Source of the DNA: Naegleria gruberi
Lineage: Eukaryota
DNA: 1,005 bases
Reading direction: 5' to 3' (one strand)
Assembly (NCBI GenBank): GCA_000004985.1
Contig: GG739627.1
The notes beneath the pieces were generated by a model that had not been told where the DNA came from, searched no databases, and was given only the letters and a program-made list of their open reading frames with translations. Position 1 is the stretch's first letter. Every line of letters starts with the position of its first letter. Positions 1-1,005 of this stretch are shown in pieces. The translations under genes were made by a program, and so were the position numbers.

Positions 1-1
1 C

Positions 2-136
2 TCGAAGGTCCTGCAAATTGTGGACAAAATAATCCACTATAATAAACATTGTTTGATGCCAAACGTTCGGGAGGTAGTCCAAACGGAGCAAGTAGGAAGT
101 AAATGCATTTTTGGGAAATACGGGGTTTCGGAGTAA
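2..136 (+). CDS. Possible 3' end of a plus-strand ORF (44 sense codons open from the window edge, stop TAA at 134-136). Weakly supported.
   Basis: Frame 2 translates to SKVLQIVDKIIHYNKHCLMPNVREVVQTEQVGSKCIFGKYGVSE*. An open frame of this length at a window edge in AT-rich DNA has roughly a 10 percent chance of arising by accident across three frames. I did not recognise the peptide. Confidence 0.2.
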   Translation, partial: SKVLQIVDKIIHYNKHCLMPNVREVVQTEQVGSKCIFGKYGVSE

Positions 137-190
137 TTTAAAATACTGTTTACAGACCGATTATTTCATCCGACATTATTTGTGGGCTTC

Positions 191-210
191 CCTTCGAATC
201 CCTTCGAATC
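191..210. repeat. Perfect 10-bp tandem duplication ccttcgaatc x2, immediately upstream of the 120-bp array
   Basis: Direct reading: 191-200 and 201-210 are identical. Each copy contains the palindrome TTCGAA. Confidence 0.9.
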
Positions 211-216
211 GGGATA

Positions 217-260
217 AAAACCCCTACAACTTGTCAATTAAAGTATATTAATAGGGTTTT
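217..260. other. Imperfect hairpin in copy 1: stem AAAACCCCTA / TAGGGTTTT with a diverged loop
   Basis: Inverted repeat aaaaccccta (217-226) and tagggtttt (252-260). The loop caacttgtcaattaaagtatattaa differs from the other copies at 7 of 10 loop positions, while the stem arms are conserved. One extra C gives a bulge. Confidence 0.45.
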
Positions 261-339
261 ATTATATTAAAAAAGAAAAATATCCCCCAAATTATGAAAA
301 AATATCCAAGTCAGGATTGAAAAATTTTCGAAAAAAAAA
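221..339. repeat. Repeat copy 1 (diverged edge copy, roughly 82% identical to consensus)
   Basis: cccctacaacttgtcaattaaagtatattaatagggtttt... aligns to the consensus with one extra C. Differences are clustered at 242-251 and 281-296. The 3' 41 bp (aaaaaatatccaagtcaggattgaaaaattttcgaaaaaaaaa) are identical to consensus. Confidence 0.9.
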
Positions 340-378
340 CCCTACCACTTGTCAATTAAGACGAGTTGATAGGGTTTT
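336..378. other. Imperfect hairpin in copy 2: outer stem AAAACCCTA/TAGGGTTTT, inner stem TCAA/TTGA, flanked by an A-run 5' and a T-rich tract 3'
   Basis: aaaacccta (336-344) is the reverse complement of tagggtttt (370-378). The inner tcaa...ttga pair sits in the loop. The hairpin is preceded by an A9-10 run and followed by ttttattatatt. Confidence 0.5.
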
Positions 379-459
379 ATTATATTAAAAAAAAGAAAAT
401 ACTTTCCCGAACTTGAAAAAATATCCAAGTCAGGATTGAAAAATTTTCGAAAAAAAAAA
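340..459. repeat. Repeat copy 2 (120 bp, identical to copy 4)
   Basis: Position-by-position comparison with 579-698 found no differences. It is preceded by an A9 run and starts CCC. Confidence 0.95.
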
Positions 460-497
460 CCTACCACTTGTCAATTAAGACGAGTTGATAGGGTTTT
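456..497. other. Imperfect hairpin in copy 3 (5' arm has CC against GGG, a one-base bulge)
   Basis: Same inverted repeat as copy 2. The 3' arm is tagggtttt at 489-497. Confidence 0.45.
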
Positions 498-578
498 ATT
501 ATATTAAAAAAAAGAAAATACTTTCCCGAACTTGAAAAAATATCCAAGTCAGGATTGAAAAATTTTCGAAAAAAAAAA
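460..578. repeat. Repeat copy 3 (119 bp)
   Basis: Same as copies 2 and 4, except that the unit starts CC instead of CCC after an A10 run. The single C/A difference lies at the poly-A/poly-C junction. Confidence 0.95.
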
Positions 579-617
579 CCCTACCACTTGTCAATTAAGA
601 CGAGTTGATAGGGTTTT
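575..617. other. Imperfect hairpin in copy 4
   Basis: aaaacccta (575-583) pairs with tagggtttt (609-617). Identical to the copy 2 hairpin. Confidence 0.5.
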
Positions 618-698
618 ATTATATTAAAAAAAAGAAAATACTTTCCCGAACTTGAAAAAATATCCAAGTCAGGATTGAAAAATTTTCGAAAAAAAAAA
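579..698. repeat. Repeat copy 4 (120 bp)
   Basis: Identical to copy 2 by direct comparison. Confidence 0.95.
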
Positions 699-737
699 CC
701 CTACCACTTGTCAATTAAGACGAGTTGATAGGGTTTT
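695..737 (-). terminator. Stem-loop followed by a T10 run on the minus strand, about 45 nt downstream of the minus-strand CDS stop. Candidate intrinsic terminator or 3'-end-stabilising stem-loop.
   Basis: On the minus strand the sequence reads aaaaccctatcaactcgtcttaattgacaagtggtagggtttttttttt. The stem is CCCTA/TAGGG plus A:T extensions, with an inner TCAA/TTGA pair, followed by the complement of the A10 run at 689-698. The stem has only 3 G:C pairs, so it would be weak as a canonical rho-independent terminator. Confidence 0.3.
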
Positions 738-741
738 ATTA
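699..741. repeat. Repeat copy 5, truncated (first ~43 bp of the unit, includes the hairpin)
   Basis: ccctaccacttgtcaattaagacgagttgatagggttttatta matches the consensus, then diverges into unique sequence at 742. Confidence 0.9.
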
Positions 742-780
742 AGCGAACAAAAATAAAGCAATTTTTTTGGTTAGAGAGTC

Positions 781-1005
781 CTATTGAATGTTTTTATTTA
801 CAGTATTTACAGACATCTTATTACGGTACCAAGATAATGCCACTAATGGTCCTCCAGGGGATCGACGAGTAGGAGGTCTTTCACGTTGATTATTTACAGG
901 TTCTTCCTCGGGTTCTTCGTAAGGTACTTCCTCTTGCTTCCTCTTCCGTTTCAATTCCTTCTCTCTTTGTTCATAAATTCCTTGTTCATGGTTAATTTCT
1001 ACAGT
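781..1005 (-). CDS. 3' part of a protein-coding gene (5' end beyond the window). The last 74 codons and the TAG stop are visible. Hypothetical protein with a charged low-complexity C-terminal tail.
   Basis: The reverse-complement frame is open for 74 sense codons and ends in TAG (complement of 781-783). The other two minus-strand frames hit stops within the first 20 codons. Translation: TVEINHEQGIYEQREKELKRKRKQEEVPYEEPEEEPVNNQRERPPTRRSPGGPLVALSWYRNKMSVNTVNKNIQ*. The codon third positions are A/T-rich, in line with the window's overall A+T richness. Rough chance estimate for an open frame this long in this composition is below 1-2 percent. I did not recognise the product. Confidence 0.55.
   Translation of the reverse strand, partial: TVEINHEQGIYEQREKELKRKRKQEEVPYEEPEEEPVNNQRERPPTRRSPGGPLVALSWYRNKMSVNTVNKNIQ

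Larger units (their letters stand above)
221..741. repeat. Tandem array of a ~120-bp non-coding unit, about 4.35 copies (one diverged edge copy, three near-identical full copies, one 43-bp truncated copy)
   Basis: Direct reading. The unit ccctaccacttgtcaattaagacgagttgatagggttttattatattaaaaaaaagaaaatactttcccgaacttgaaaaaatatccaagtcaggattgaaaaattttcgaaaaaaaaaa recurs with starts at 340, 460, 579 and 699 (period 120, 119, 120). Similarity ends after ...gggttttatta at 741, where unique sequence agcgaacaaaaataaagc begins. The consensus has stop codons in all six frames, so it is non-coding. Confidence 0.95.

Noticed and set aside
186-215. tRNA gene or fragment suggested by the TTCGAATCC T-loop-like motif
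   Set aside because: Placing either TTCGAAT copy as a 7-nt T-loop gives flanking 5-mers that do not base-pair (at most 3 of 5). No acceptor, D or anticodon arm is discernible upstream. At most a decayed remnant.
379-384. Minus-strand TATAAT (-10-like) hexamer in every unit just upstream of the hairpin, and a plus-strand TATAAT at 38-43
   Set aside because: There is no acceptable -35 element at 16-19 bp spacing in either case and no extended -10 TG. TATAAT is expected by chance in DNA this AT-rich. The perfect TTGACA on the minus strand inside the hairpin loop has no -10 partner.
404-435. Second weak hairpin per unit (gaacttg ... caagtc)
   Set aside because: Only 5-6 imperfect pairs, and the 5' arm is not conserved in the diverged copy 1 (aaattatg). 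Probably not structural.
340-459. Coding potential of the repeat unit (a repetitive protein)
   Set aside because: The consensus unit contains stop codons in all three frames on both strands.
221-741. CRISPR array (regular 120-bp spacing of a conserved palindromic element)
   Set aside because: The sequence between the hairpins is itself repeated identically in every unit, so there are no unique spacers. The whole 120 bp is the repeat. There is no cas-like coding sequence in the window.
211-750. Insertion sequence or MITE explanation for the array
   Set aside because: No terminal inverted repeats or target-site duplication at the array boundaries, and no transposase-like ORF. The structure is head-to-tail tandem, not dispersed.
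149-899. Recurrent TTTACAG motifs on the plus strand (149-155, 797-803, 806-812, 893-899), which read as GTAAAT on the minus strand, resembling eukaryotic 3' and 5' splice sites
   Set aside because: On the minus strand the three copies at 797-899 are all in-frame Val-Asn codons of an uninterrupted ORF. The motif is simple and AT-rich, so recurrence is expected. Nothing else, such as a branch point or an exon-like ORF on the plus strand, supports a spliced eukaryotic gene. It remains an alternative if the source is nuclear DNA.

Overview
The window is AT-rich, roughly one-third G+C by eye (not computed). That fits a plastid or other organellar genome, or a low-GC bacterium, but I cannot assign the source from sequence alone.

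The dominant feature is a non-coding tandem array at 221-741 with a ~120-bp unit in about 4.35 copies. Copies 2 and 4 are identical, and copy 3 differs only at a C/A homopolymer junction. The array ends in a truncated 43-bp copy. The edge copy 1 is diverged, and its differences fall in two tight patches.

Every unit carries the same imperfect hairpin, with stem AAAACCCTA/TAGGGTTTT and a ~25-nt loop. Each hairpin sits between an A9-10 run upstream and a T-rich stretch downstream. This gives five evenly spaced, terminator-like stem-loops that can form on either strand.

A partial CDS on the minus strand runs in from beyond position 1005 and stops at TAG (complement of 781-783). Its C-terminal 74 aa are a charged, low-complexity tail. 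The first hairpin plus T10 run lies about 45 nt past this stop.

A weaker partial ORF on the plus strand ends at TAA 134-136. If real, it would make the array sit between two convergent 3' ends.

I found no CRISPR, tRNA, rRNA or mobile element that I can support.
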